From a virus, in the IMG/VR virus record IMGVR_UViG_3300046010_009647, positions 1-64,000 of that record: a stretch of 64,000 nucleotides of DNA; one strand, written 5' to 3'. Shown here one piece after another: positions 7,451 to 17,646 of the stretch. The stretch's first letter is position 1. Each line of letters starts with the position of its first letter. The position numbers were made by a program, and so were the translations under genes. The notes below the pieces were generated by a model, which saw only the letters and a list, made by a program, of their open reading frames with translations, ran no database searches and was not told the origin of the DNA.

Positions 7451-8707
7451 CTATAGGCTAAAGCCACAGTTGTAACCATCACATGAGATTGGTGTATTCA
7501 CCATAAAAGAATGGATGGTTTCCCCTACATAAGAGATGTCGTCATAGGTAAGGGCTGGGGATGTACCAAGGAAGAAGACACGTTTAAGGACTTCGTACGC
7601 ATTGGGGAAGTCTTTAGCACTGCCCAAGTGCCGATATGCAGGATGGAGCAGCAAGTTACCAGCAAAATAATTTCGAGTTTGTATGCCATTACCTTCGAGA
7701 TGTTGTTGTAAAGCCTGCTTGACATTGGAGTTGTCGCAGACAATAGGCACACCAAACCATGACGTTTCTGCTTGTAATTTTTCGCCTACAATTTGTACCT
7801 CATCGGGATAATCCTGGAAGTAGTTAACAATCGTTTGATAATTCAATCGGCGGATCGTATGTACTTCATCAAACTTTTCCAGTTGAACCAAGCCGACTGC
7901 ACCTTGTAGATCCAATGGCTTGAGGTTGTAGCCAATCTGACTAAAGACATACTTGTGATCAACGACCACATCATAGTCAGGTAGCCACGTATCAAAGCGT
8001 TTGCCACACATGCCCTTAGCCAGCATGTTGCATTCACCAACGCAATAACAGTCGCGCCCCCACCAGGCGAACTGGCGTGCAAGTGAGGTCAAACCGGGAA
8101 GGTTTGAGGACACCATCCCACCTTCAAGAGTAGTAATATGATGCGCCGGATAAAAAGAACACGACGCGGCAACGGCTTCCTTTGTTAAGTAATTGTCATT
8201 CCACTTGGAGCCAAGGGAGTCGCAGTTGTCCGCAATATACTTCAGCGAATGCCGCTCACAGATGTCGAGTAGGCGATCCAAGTCATAACTATTACCCAAA
8301 ACAGGGCTACTAAAAACTGCAACTGTTTTGTCCGTGATTGCATCTTCTACCTGCGATAGATCCCAATTTAAGTCATCCCAGGTGATGTCCACAAACCTAG
8401 GGGTCAATCCATTCTGAATAATGGGATTGATCGTGGTCGGGAAACCGACGACGCTAACAATAATCTCAGCACCATCGGGCCACTCGAAGTATTTCTTCAA
8501 GGCGGCAAGCATCACCAAATTGGCAGAGCTACCACTATTCACCATAAGGGATGAATCAAATCCAAACTTACGAGAAAACGCGCGTTCAAATTTGTCAACC
8601 TCTTTACCGGCTGGATACCAGGCTCCTTCTTTAAGGGTCGTAATCGCTGCTTCTATTTCACGACCGTCAAAGTACGGACCGGAGTACAAAACTTTTGATC
8701 GCGACAT
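7451..8707 (-). CDS. rfbH: DegT/DnrJ family, RfbH/DdhC-type CDP-4-keto-6-deoxyglucose 3-dehydrase
   Basis: NSGSSAN; DNCDSLG; SFYPAHHITT.EGG (His in place of the Schiff-base Lys); GRDCYC...C...CGKRF Fe-S motif. Confidence 0.85.
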   Translation of the reverse strand: MSRSKVLYSGPYFDGREIEAAITTLKEGAWYPAGKEVDKFERAFSRKFGFDSSLMVNSGSSANLVMLAALKKYFEWPDGAEIIVSVVGFPTTINPIIQNGLTPRFVDITWDDLNWDLSQVEDAITDKTVAVFSSPVLGNSYDLDRLLDICERHSLKYIADNCDSLGSKWNDNYLTKEAVAASCSFYPAHHITTLEGGMVSSNLPGLTSLARQFAWWGRDCYCVGECNMLAKGMCGKRFDTWLPDYDVVVDHKYVFSQIGYNLKPLDLQGAVGLVQLEKFDEVHTIRRLNYQTIVNYFQDYPDEVQIVGEKLQAETSWFGVPIVCDNSNVKQALQQHLEGNGIQTRNYFAGNLLLHPAYRHLGSAKDFPNAYEVLKRVFFLGTSPALTYDDISYVGETIHSFMVNTPISCDGYNCGFSL

Positions 8708-9510
8708 AAGTCCTCAAGACCTTCTTGTAATGTCAGCGTTGGTCTGTAACCAAGGTTGTAAAGCTTGGTGCAATCAAGGCTGAATCTAATGGCTTGATTA
8801 TAGTCTTCTCGTGGAGCAATGCGTTTAATCTTGCTGCGTGATTTCAAAATATCTTTGGCATCTGCGATGCAATCAAACAAAAAAGTTTCGATGCCTGTGC
8901 CAACGTTGTAGATCTGGTTGTGTTCACCATAAGTAACGAGGAAATTCAAGGCTCTGCATACGTCAAAGATATGGATGTAGTCGCGGGAAAGGTTTGCGTA
9001 CACATCAACATCTTCATCTTTTTTTAAGGATTCAATAATACGGTGAAGGGCATTGCGCTTTTCTGTGCCCTTATCTGGGCCACCGTAGACATTACCCAGG
9101 CGGAAGATGCGCCACTTCATCCCATGGGCTTGGCAATACTCCATGACCAACTTCTCGGCGGCATACTTGGTCACCGAATAAAAGCCATTGGGATTGCAAA
9201 TGGATTGTTCGGTGGGCTTCACATGAGTGGGGCCGTAAACAAACCAGCTGCTAACGAAGTTAAACGTATCGATGCCAAAGTCACGGCAGTAGTCCAGGCG
9301 ATTGGCAAGCACTGAAAGATTAGTGTGAATATCAAGTTGAGGACTGGTATAGATATTAGTGTTGTCGGTAGTACTAATGAGGTACAGCACGTCCTCTGTC
9401 AATGGACAGCAGTGGTCTCGCTCGACATACTGAGATGGATACATGCCCCTGTAGTATGTCCCAATGATGCCGGTGCCTCCATACAGAGTCAGCTTCACAT
9501 CATTTGACAT
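8653..9510 (-). CDS. NAD-dependent epimerase/dehydratase
   Basis: GGTGIIG; SS.FVYG; YSVTK; RLGNVYG; RDYIHI.D. Confidence 0.9.
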   Translation of the reverse strand: MSNDVKLTLYGGTGIIGTYYRGMYPSQYVERDHCCPLTEDVLYLISTTDNTNIYTSPQLDIHTNLSVLANRLDYCRDFGIDTFNFVSSWFVYGPTHVKPTEQSICNPNGFYSVTKYAAEKLVMEYCQAHGMKWRIFRLGNVYGGPDKGTEKRNALHRIIESLKKDEDVDVYANLSRDYIHIFDVCRALNFLVTYGEHNQIYNVGTGIETFLFDCIADAKDILKSRSKIKRIAPREDYNQAIRFSLDCTKLYNLGYRPTLTLQEGLEDLCRDQKFCTPVRTLTVVK

Positions 9511-10210
9511 ACAAATCTTGGGTGTACCAAAGATCATTGTAGTTGTTTACACCGGTAGCGCCAAGAGTTTCTAGGTCTCCGCCATGGGATGGTTTCTTCA
9601 TGGCAAAGATCATTCCATCAGGTAGCACCAGGGCTTTGTTTTTGTGTGGGTGGTTGGGTGTCAACTCGACTGAATCACCAAAGATCACCTTGTTATCAAT
9701 GTTGCTAACAGCAATTGCCTTGCCCCATGCAGTGGGACCTGTCGGACACAATGGTGTTAAGCCGTAATAATCATCCTCAATGTTGCGAACAATCTGAAAG
9801 ATTGCTTCGTCCAAAATTTCGTTGTCTGCTGGAGCGTAGAAAGCAGCACCATCGCATGCCCACGACACATTGGTGTAACGATTGATGTCGCGGAATGCAA
9901 GCAGCTTGCAATCAAAAGGAACCTTGATTCCTGTCAAGCAACGCAAGCTAATGTCAAAGTACCAACCACCAAGGATGTTGACGATACAGTAACGTGCCAA
10001 GTCGCACTTGTAGGAGTAAGGTTTGACTTTACGGTAAGCACAAAGCACAGCCTCACCGTAGTGTTCCTCCAGGAATTCTTCTACTTCTTTGTTGTTGTAG
10101 ATCTTGTGTTCCCACGTAGGAAAACAATTGACAACACTCTGTGTTGTGTCGGCAAGGAACGGAGGCAGATCTGAATCATTATCCGTTAAGAAGATTTGAG
10201 TGATCTGCAT
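9500..10210 (-). CDS. GT32/DXD-type glycosyltransferase
   Basis: K.DLARY.I....GG.YFD and TGP motifs. Confidence 0.8.
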   Translation of the reverse strand: MQITQIFLTDNDSDLPPFLADTTQSVVNCFPTWEHKIYNNKEVEEFLEEHYGEAVLCAYRKVKPYSYKCDLARYCIVNILGGWYFDISLRCLTGIKVPFDCKLLAFRDINRYTNVSWACDGAAFYAPADNEILDEAIFQIVRNIEDDYYGLTPLCPTGPTAWGKAIAVSNIDNKVIFGDSVELTPNHPHKNKALVLPDGMIFAMKKPSHGGDLETLGATGVNNYNDLWYTQDLYVK

Positions 10211-10212
10211 CG

Positions 10213-10875
10213 TTAGCGATAAACAACAAAGGGAAGCTCTTGGATCTTTTGCTTACCGAAGAAGTGTTCCTTATTGAGAAAGACTGCAGTAAGCAGGCGC
10301 TCCATCAGGAAAGCTGGGCCGCGTTTATTGTACCCTCCACGGTCCAGGAAGTAATCCTTTTCTTCCTCCCAAATTGGTAGCAAGATCTCAAAGACAAGAT
10401 CAAAGTACTTCTGCATGGCAGCGTTAGGACCCATCACTTGAAGAGTTTCAAAAAACTTGGGCTGGCTCCACATCTCAAGTAGCATCTCCTCTGTTAAAGG
10501 AATGCGCTTGTTACGGGCTAGCTCCAGGGACATCTCAACCGTTTCATCAAGACCGCCTCCATGTCCTTGGGAAAACTGCTGCTGAACAGAGAACGGAAAG
10601 GTGACGTGACGTGGAATGTATAAGGTGTCATCCTCCAGTCGAGATAGGTAGTACTCTTCCCAATTGCGACGATAGTTAACGATGCCAAAAAAAGGATGGT
10701 TGCAGTCGTTCCAGAGGGTATACATGCAGCTCATTTCACCCCAATAGGGATTAACGTCGGCATGCTCGCCTTCATCCCCGTAAAACGGTATGACTTTTGC
10801 GTTGGTATCAAAACGTACGTGCAGATCCTTTAAGCAGACTGCATAGAGGACCACATCTTTGGCAGCCAGCTTCAC
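10213..10875 (-). CDS. DUF4422-like glycosyltransferase
   Basis: NPYWGE...Y..W......G..NYRR and R..AFL.ERL. Confidence 0.65.
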   Translation of the reverse strand: MKLAAKDVVLYAVCLKDLHVRFDTNAKVIPFYGDEGEHADVNPYWGEMSCMYTLWNDCNHPFFGIVNYRRNWEEYYLSRLEDDTLYIPRHVTFPFSVQQQFSQGHGGGLDETVEMSLELARNKRIPLTEEMLLEMWSQPKFFETLQVMGPNAAMQKYFDLVFEILLPIWEEEKDYFLDRGGYNKRGPAFLMERLLTAVFLNKEHFFGKQKIQELPFVVYR

Positions 10876-10883
10876 AAAGGAAC

Positions 10884-11045
10884 CTACAGATCTACTCGAG
10901 TATAAGCAATTTCTTTTTCTTGTAATTCATATTCGTACCCATCAGCTTCAATAGTTTCTACATCAGCAAAAGCCAAGCCTTCAAAACAACCGGTACGACG
11001 GTCATCATCAAAGTCAAAATAGAAGCGCGTTAAGTTTGATCCCAT
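10884..11045 (-). CDS. small acidic hypothetical protein (53 aa, not in track)
   Basis: MGSNLTRFYFDFDDDRRTGCF...YTRVDL* fills the gap between hli and the DUF4422-like gene. Confidence 0.45.
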   Translation of the reverse strand: MGSNLTRFYFDFDDDRRTGCFEGLAFADVETIEADGYEYELQEKEIAYTRVDL

Positions 11046-11256
11046 GGGTTGTGCACCAGATAAAGAGGAAGGTTAATCCGAGCATGGCAAGACGACCATT
11101 GACACGCTCGGCATACCAAAGGTGATCATCAAGGTTTGTGTGCCACTTCCAGAAGCGGAGATCAGGTGACATCTCTAGAATCCACTCCCAAAGGGCGGGG
11201 AAGAGCCAGCCAAGGCACGACACATAACCCTGGATGCCAAGCAGGAATTTGTTCAT
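11014..11256 (-). CDS. hli: high-light inducible protein
   Basis: AERVNGRLAMLG chlorophyll-binding motif plus a hydrophobic helix. Confidence 0.85.
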   Translation of the reverse strand: MNKFLLGIQGYVSCLGWLFPALWEWILEMSPDLRFWKWHTNLDDHLWYAERVNGRLAMLGLTFLFIWCTTHGIKLNALLF

Positions 11257-11357
11257 TGACGAGATGCAACTTCCATGAAGAACAGGTAGGCATCCATGCT
11301 AATCACGACGAGCATGGCGCCAAGGATGGAAGCGATTGCGTAATTGAATCCGTCCAT
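11253..11357 (-). CDS. 34-aa single-TM peptide (not in track)
   Basis: MDGFNYAIASILGAMLVVISMDAYLFFMEVASRQ*; ATGA overlap with hli. Confidence 0.5.
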   Translation of the reverse strand: MDGFNYAIASILGAMLVVISMDAYLFFMEVASRQ

Positions 11358-11408
11358 TACACACGGTTGATTCATCTGTTAAACTAGCAGCAATATACAA
11401 AACCATCA

Positions 11409-12263
11409 ATGGTTGCTAAGATAAATACATCGGATCCTTGGATCAAAGCCAAGGACGAGCAACCAAAAATCATGCGGGACCTGAACAGGACCGCAGCCAG
11501 AATTACGCTTAACGGAAAACGTCACTATACAACTCCGTTACCCACTGGGCCTGCACCATCCGTAACTACTATTATTGGTGAGACAGCTTCCGAAGCAAAC
11601 AAGCGGAAGCTCGAAATGTGGTCCAAAAATAATCCAGGTGTTAAAGAAGCTGCTGCCGAAAGGGGTACCGCCATCCACTATGGCATGGAACAGTACCTCA
11701 AAGGGAATAAAACCCCTGAAATCAAAGAGGATTATGCGGACTTTTGGGCGGGTATGCCAGCAATTCTTGATCAGTTTCAGGAAGTTCTCTGGGCTGAATC
11801 TCCCGTGCTGGACAAATTTAATTTTACTATTGGTGCTGATGACGTGGCTCGCGTCTGGGGTTGCGATTCCGAGGGCCGTGCTTGGGCTGGTGCTCCTGAT
11901 ATTATTGCTGTCGCCAATAACAAACTGACGCTTGCTGACCTGAAGACCAGCGTTAAACCATATAGCCGCAAGTGGCCAAAAGATTTGGAAAAGGGGTCCC
12001 AAGAGTGGAGGGATCTATTGGGTGGTCACATGAAGTTTAAAAAAACCTGTAAACAACTCGCGGCATATGACATTGCTATCGAGCAGACCCTTGGCATGAC
12101 CGTACAACAAGCGGCAATCTTGGTGTCGACGCCTGTCCGCACGCAGATTTTTAAAATCTCCAGGAGATTCTTAGATTCGTTGCGGGAAGATTGGTACAAA
12201 ATTGTAGATGAGTACTATAAACAAATTGAAAATTGTAACGTTTATGATCCGGATCTTATTTAA
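11409..12263 (+). CDS. PD-(D/E)XK exonuclease
   Basis: PSVTTI; RGTAIH; AG.PD...LADLKTS; QLAAY. Confidence 0.85.
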   Translation: MVAKINTSDPWIKAKDEQPKIMRDLNRTAARITLNGKRHYTTPLPTGPAPSVTTIIGETASEANKRKLEMWSKNNPGVKEAAAERGTAIHYGMEQYLKGNKTPEIKEDYADFWAGMPAILDQFQEVLWAESPVLDKFNFTIGADDVARVWGCDSEGRAWAGAPDIIAVANNKLTLADLKTSVKPYSRKWPKDLEKGSQEWRDLLGGHMKFKKTCKQLAAYDIAIEQTLGMTVQQAAILVSTPVRTQIFKISRRFLDSLREDWYKIVDEYYKQIENCNVYDPDLI

Positions 12264-12555
12264 CGACATCATCCAAGCCGCAATCAAGTGGTGGAAACAA
12301 GTTTGGTTTGAAGCTAAACTGAAGGCCAGGCTTACCATGATTGAGTGGGATAATCGGATTGAATCCGAGTTAGAACGGAAAATTGAACAAAAACCGATCT
12401 ACAAGGAACATCCGATTGATCCCGTGCTTCAGACCGGTGAATCCCAGAAGTTGGGTGGAGCCATGCAACTAACCGCACCTTGGTACAATGATGGCCTACA
12501 ACCCCCAAGGAACGATGGAGTGTCGGAAGCGCCTAGCATGGACGATCGCCTGTGA
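12244..12555 (+). CDS. hypothetical protein
   Basis: Track ORF, co-oriented with the replication genes; start uncertain. Confidence 0.45.
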   Translation: MIRILFNDIIQAAIKWWKQVWFEAKLKARLTMIEWDNRIESELERKIEQKPIYKEHPIDPVLQTGESQKLGGAMQLTAPWYNDGLQPPRNDGVSEAPSMDDRL

Positions 12556-12679
12556 GCGCGCTGTTGTCACAAAAGAAGATGCCGTTGATTTATATCACAA
12601 GATGATGAAAGAATTTGATGCGATAGATAAACGAAATGAATACAAAAGGACTGAGTCTAATAAGACTCAAGTAACTTAA
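12488..12679 (+). CDS. hypothetical protein
   Basis: Track ORF. Confidence 0.5.
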   Translation: MMAYNPQGTMECRKRLAWTIACERAVVTKEDAVDLYHKMMKEFDAIDKRNEYKRTESNKTQVT

Positions 12680-12746
12680 GGATTGCTTGATGGCCTCCAT
12701 GGATTGGGCAGCGTAGGATTAAGAGACACACAACCAGGCCCTCCCC

Positions 12747-12932
12747 ATGGACGTACACGTCGGCTTGGGTGAGTGGATGAATAGTCTCACGAGTCGCATG
12801 CTAAGTGCGATGGACGGGGACTGTTTTTATCTGCCCACCCTTATGCATCTTCATGCGTACACAATCTTAAAAGAGGCCTCCTTCCCCGACCGGGACTTTA
12901 AAGTAGTAATCAAGAACTCCACAGAAGTATGA
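12747..12932 (+). CDS. hypothetical protein
   Basis: Stop overlaps the primase start (ATGA). Confidence 0.6.
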   Translation: MDVHVGLGEWMNSLTSRMLSAMDGDCFYLPTLMHLHAYTILKEASFPDRDFKVVIKNSTEV

Positions 12933-15583
12933 CGAACCAGAATTTGAAAGCTCTTAAGCCAGGCGAAATCCGACTAGATTACATCCCACTTGATTGGCCC
13001 CTTACTCCCCTTGGACCCAACAAAGATCCCTACATCCAAGGTTGGCAGAACAAACCATTCAGTGTACGTGAAATTGAAGAAGAGCTGGCAACAGGGGATT
13101 GTCGTGCAATTGGCCTATTGGGAGGTCCTGCTTATAACCATCCCTATGGCTTGGTTTGGGTTGATGTTGATGGTCCTAGCGTCTACCCCCTCATCGAACA
13201 AATCTCTGAACTCCCCCTCCAAGACGCGCTGCCTGCCACCCTTACCATCTTCAGTGGTAAAGTCGGCCGCGAACGTAAGCTCTACAAATTAAACCGCGAT
13301 AAACACAAGCATTTCCTACGCAATAAATACACCTGGCACGGGGAAGAAAACAAAGAAAAGCTTGAGATCCTTTGGAAGAAACACCAAGGTGTCTTGATGG
13401 GTGTTCACCCAGAGACCGATGGTTATTACACAGGTGAGGGGCTTGGGTTTGAGTGGTCTGATTCGCTGCCCGAACTACCGGACTGGATCCTCAATAACAT
13501 CATCACCAAGAACGCCAAGCAAGGAAGTCCCGCACAAGAAGTATCACGTGTGATCGGCGGTAACTTCGCCATCCAAAGTGTCATTGGACTGGATCGTGAT
13601 ATCCAACTTGCGTCCGAAGCAATGTGGGGTATGCCTCCAGAAGCGACGGATGACTATGACATCTGGATCATGGTTGGTCAGTCGCTCCATAGTTTGGATG
13701 AATCGTTGCTGGATGAATGGGATGAATGGTCCAAGCAGAGCGATAAGTACAAAGATGGTGAATGCCACAGGCGTTGGCTCTCCTTTAGTAAAGGCGGTGG
13801 TCGTGGTATCGGATCACTCGTTCATATTGCCAAAGAGAACGGGTGGGTTCCTTCTCAAGACTACCGAGTACAAAGCCCTGATGATGCAACGCTAGAAGCT
13901 GTTGCTGCCATCCTACCAAACCTTGAACAAGATATCTTAGATCATATGGAAGGCCTCGCATCCCTTGGTTCTGCTGCAGTAACAAACGTAAAAACACCAC
14001 CTAAAAAAACAACGTTTACTCAGAAACCAAAAGAAAACGTTGATGAGGAAGAAATAAAAGATTCCAAAGGTCGTAACCAGCCTTCCCATATCATTGCTGA
14101 TCAAGTGCTTGGTATGTACGCCGGCAACCTGTTGTTTAGTCAGCCGCACAACCAGTTTTTTCTCTATGACGCACGCAAAGGTCTGTGGGAGAAAAAGACC
14201 AAGATCGAGATGTATGGCAGCATCCGAGAAAAAATGAAAGTACTGACTTTCTCTGATTGGCTGCCCAAAGGTTTTAACCACGCCATGATGGAAGACATTT
14301 ACAAACAGCTCCAAGCATTGGTGCCGTTTGATGAGTGGTATGACGATATGGATTACCTCTTGTTTACCAATGGTTTGTTAGAGGTCAGCACCAGGGAACT
14401 GCAACCTTTCCAACGGGATCTGTACATGACGCAACAGATGCCGTACGAATACGATCCATCGGCTACTTGTGAAGAAATCATTAAGTGGTTGAAGCATACA
14501 CAACACAATTCCTGGAACCGTACGCAAGTACTTAGGGCATGGCTTAGAGCAACACTGCTTGGTAACTACGAAATCCAAAAGTTTCTGGAGATTGTTGGCC
14601 CAGGTAAGTCTGGTAAATCAACCTACGCAAACCTGGCGGTGGCATTGGTAGGACGTAGTAACACCTACTCCACAGACTTTGAAAACATGGAGAAAAACAG
14701 GTTTGAAGCAGCAGCCTACATGGGTAAAAAACTTCTCCTGTTCCAGGATGCTGATCGTTGGGGTGGTTCCGTATCAAGACTGAAAGCAATCACTGGTAAT
14801 GACTGGATTCGTTCTGAGCGCAAGTACCAAGGCGAAGCGTTAGATCCATTTCAATACCATGGAATGGTCATTATTACGGCTAACGAAGCTATTCAGTCTA
14901 CCGACTACACTTCTGGTTTAGCTCGTCGCCGTCTCACTATTCCGTTTGATCGTCCATTCACTGGAGGACAAGCGGAACAAAAGGAACTAATCAAGTTTGA
15001 TAACAAGGGCAATCCGCAAGGTGAGTTTGCGCCTCTACTGCCAGGGCTGGTGAACTGGCTACTGGATATGCCAGAAGCTGATATGCGTTCCTACCTGATG
15101 GAGACCGCACAACATGTGGACTTCTTCCAGAAGTATGAGAAGGAACAAAGCCTGCGTTCTAACCCTGTCTTGGATTGGATGAGTCAACATGTGGTCTACG
15201 ATCCTGGGGCTAAGTCTGTTGTTGGTACCTGTAAAAGTGCGCAAGGTTCCAATAACTTCTATCAAAATTGGCAACAATGGCTTTATCCGAGCTATGCCGA
15301 ATTCTGCCGTAGCTGTAATGTCGGATTCGTTGGACGTGGTCGATTTGAAGTTCTCTTCTTTGATATCTGTAAGCACCAGCTAAAACTTAATGTCTTTAGT
15401 AAGAAGACCAATAAGGGCCTACTGGTGTTTAATGCGGTTAATCGTGAATCCAATCCCAAGTACGAGACCTATCCATCCATTGTTGAGGTCGCCTCTAACC
15501 CACAAAAATACCTTCCTCTTTACGGAATGGACATTACTACGTCCACTAATGCGACAATGGAGGATATTGCGGAAGTCATGTGA
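12929..15583 (+). CDS. primase-polymerase / PriCT-2 / D5-like SF3 helicase fusion
   Basis: VWVDVDG prim-pol motif; DYD.WI.VG..L...W..WS (PriCT-2); GPGKSGKST Walker A; K.ITGND...ERK; RRR. Confidence 0.9.
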   Translation: MTNQNLKALKPGEIRLDYIPLDWPLTPLGPNKDPYIQGWQNKPFSVREIEEELATGDCRAIGLLGGPAYNHPYGLVWVDVDGPSVYPLIEQISELPLQDALPATLTIFSGKVGRERKLYKLNRDKHKHFLRNKYTWHGEENKEKLEILWKKHQGVLMGVHPETDGYYTGEGLGFEWSDSLPELPDWILNNIITKNAKQGSPAQEVSRVIGGNFAIQSVIGLDRDIQLASEAMWGMPPEATDDYDIWIMVGQSLHSLDESLLDEWDEWSKQSDKYKDGECHRRWLSFSKGGGRGIGSLVHIAKENGWVPSQDYRVQSPDDATLEAVAAILPNLEQDILDHMEGLASLGSAAVTNVKTPPKKTTFTQKPKENVDEEEIKDSKGRNQPSHIIADQVLGMYAGNLLFSQPHNQFFLYDARKGLWEKKTKIEMYGSIREKMKVLTFSDWLPKGFNHAMMEDIYKQLQALVPFDEWYDDMDYLLFTNGLLEVSTRELQPFQRDLYMTQQMPYEYDPSATCEEIIKWLKHTQHNSWNRTQVLRAWLRATLLGNYEIQKFLEIVGPGKSGKSTYANLAVALVGRSNTYSTDFENMEKNRFEAAAYMGKKLLLFQDADRWGGSVSRLKAITGNDWIRSERKYQGEALDPFQYHGMVIITANEAIQSTDYTSGLARRRLTIPFDRPFTGGQAEQKELIKFDNKGNPQGEFAPLLPGLVNWLLDMPEADMRSYLMETAQHVDFFQKYEKEQSLRSNPVLDWMSQHVVYDPGAKSVVGTCKSAQGSNNFYQNWQQWLYPSYAEFCRSCNVGFVGRGRFEVLFFDICKHQLKLNVFSKKTNKGLLVFNAVNRESNPKYETYPSIVEVASNPQKYLPLYGMDITTSTNATMEDIAEVM

Positions 15584-15936
15584 GCAATGGCCGGCACCTG
15601 ATCCTGGATCTTTACGACTGTGATCAAGAAATCCTGAATGATTATGAGGAGCTTCAACGATTGCTTGAGGCTTCTCTCGTCATGGCAAAAGCAAATGTCC
15701 TACGGATCTTTGGGGAAAAGTTCCAGCCACAGGGTGTAACGCTCTTGGCATTACTGTCTGAATCACATGCATCAATCCATACATGGCCAGAGATTGGCTA
15801 TTGTGCTATCGATCTTTATACATGTGGTAATACGACACAGACGCATCGAGCGGCTGAGTTTTTGAAAACAAAACTTAAGGCAAAAACATCAGAAGAAAAA
15901 GAGTTGGTAAGGTCAATAACACCTACAGCTGTCTGA
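15580..15936 (+). CDS. speD: S-adenosylmethionine decarboxylase proenzyme
   Basis: G.HLILDLY.C; F.PQGVT; LSESH.SIHTWPE; D.YTCG. Confidence 0.92.
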   Translation: MSNGRHLILDLYDCDQEILNDYEELQRLLEASLVMAKANVLRIFGEKFQPQGVTLLALLSESHASIHTWPEIGYCAIDLYTCGNTTQTHRAAEFLKTKLKAKTSEEKELVRSITPTAV

Positions 15937-15996
15937 GTAATAGTGTTAACAGGGCTGAGCAATTTATAATAAAGAAATCAAAGTAGTTGTAAAAAG

Positions 15997-17568
15997 ATGG
16001 CGGGCACTCTACGGCTCAGCAACACTGGTACTGGTAACGGTCAAAGTACAATCACCACTGCAGCATCAGGTGATACCACGTACACCTTACCCAGTGGTGG
16101 TGGTACCTTTGTAACAACTTCTTCTACACAAGCATTAACCGTACCTTTTGCTTCTGGTACTGTTAGTGCACCTTCTGTTACATTTCTTGGGGATAGTAAT
16201 ACTGGTATTTATTCCCCAGCTGCAGATACAATTGCATTCACAGAAGGTGGTGTTGAATCCTTAAGGATTGACTCCTCAGGCCGAGTAGGGATTGGCACTA
16301 CTAGCCCTTTGGCTCCGCTTCACATAAATAGCGCTGGCGCTGACAACATTGCAGTTCGCATGTCGAACTCGCTGAACACTTGTGTAGTAGGGCCGATCGC
16401 CGACGGCACTCTAAATGTTTTTAGCAACTCTGCGCTTCCAATTGTCTTTTCTACAAGCGCAATCGAACGCGCCCGCATCGACAGCTCGGGACGCCTGTTA
16501 GTTGGCACGTCTACAAGCATTACCTCGGCCGGCACAAGCGGTGGTGGTGCTGGATCTACCCCAGCTTTGCAAGTAGTTCACCCTTATCAAAACATTAATC
16601 TTGCTGGTATTAGTCTTTCTCGCTTCCAAGCGTCCAACCCGTACGGAGCCGTTTTTACCATACAAAAAAGCAAAAATGATACTATTGGTAGCCATGCAGT
16701 AGTTGCTAGCGGTGATGAGCTAGGTGTCATTTCCTTTGATGGAAGCAACGGCACAGCTTTTAATACGGCAGCCACTATTAGCGCTGTTGTAGACGGCACC
16801 CCCGGCGCCAACGACATGCCGGGCAGGTTAGTGTTCTCCACTACCGCCGACGGAGCGAGCAGCCCGACGGAGCGGATGAGGATTGATAAAGATGGAAACG
16901 CAGTTTTTAAGACGGACAACTTTAGTAGGACTCGTTTTGACAATATTAGCGGGAATGTTTACGGTATTCTGCTCGGAGCGTCCACTAGTGGTATTATTCA
17001 GGCCGCAAAGAATGACGGCCCTGTTATCTCATTAAACCGCACAAATTCAGACGGAAGTGTTGTAGACATCATCCAAGACGGCACAGTTGAAGGCACAATC
17101 TCTGTATCCGGCACCACCGTCAGCTACAACGGTGCTCACCTCTCCCGCTGGTCACAACTCCCCGGTGGCACAGAGCGCACTGAAATCATGCGCGGCACTG
17201 TACTAAGCAACATCGACGAGATGTGCGAGTGGGGCGAGGAAAACAACGAACAGCTCAACCGCATGAAGGTGAGTGACGTTGAAGGTGATCCCAACGTGTC
17301 CGGTGTGTTCCAAGTCTGGGACGATGACGGCGACACTTACACCGACGACTTCTACTGCGCGATGACGGGTGACTTCATCATCCGCATTGCCGAAGGTGTC
17401 ACCGTGCAGCGTGGACAGCTTCTTATGTCAGCGGGTGACGGAACTGCAAAGCCACAAGGTGATGGCTTTGTTCAAGACAAAACAATAGCCAAAGTCACAT
17501 CAACTCATGTCACATGTACCTACGATGATGGCAGCTACTGCGTGCCTTGCGTGCTGATGGCTTGCTAA
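15997..17568 (+). CDS. tail fibre protein
   Basis: DSNTGIYSP; RIDSSGR.GIGT repeats; GRLVFSTTADGASSPTERMRI. Confidence 0.85.
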   Translation: MAGTLRLSNTGTGNGQSTITTAASGDTTYTLPSGGGTFVTTSSTQALTVPFASGTVSAPSVTFLGDSNTGIYSPAADTIAFTEGGVESLRIDSSGRVGIGTTSPLAPLHINSAGADNIAVRMSNSLNTCVVGPIADGTLNVFSNSALPIVFSTSAIERARIDSSGRLLVGTSTSITSAGTSGGGAGSTPALQVVHPYQNINLAGISLSRFQASNPYGAVFTIQKSKNDTIGSHAVVASGDELGVISFDGSNGTAFNTAATISAVVDGTPGANDMPGRLVFSTTADGASSPTERMRIDKDGNAVFKTDNFSRTRFDNISGNVYGILLGASTSGIIQAAKNDGPVISLNRTNSDGSVVDIIQDGTVEGTISVSGTTVSYNGAHLSRWSQLPGGTERTEIMRGTVLSNIDEMCEWGEENNEQLNRMKVSDVEGDPNVSGVFQVWDDDGDTYTDDFYCAMTGDFIIRIAEGVTVQRGQLLMSAGDGTAKPQGDGFVQDKTIAKVTSTHVTCTYDDGSYCVPCVLMAC

Positions 17569-17646
17569 GCCGCGTAGTCCTACTCACTAAAAACTGTCAT
17601 ATAAACTCTCGATTTGTGTATAGTAAATCGAGAGTATTTTATTACC

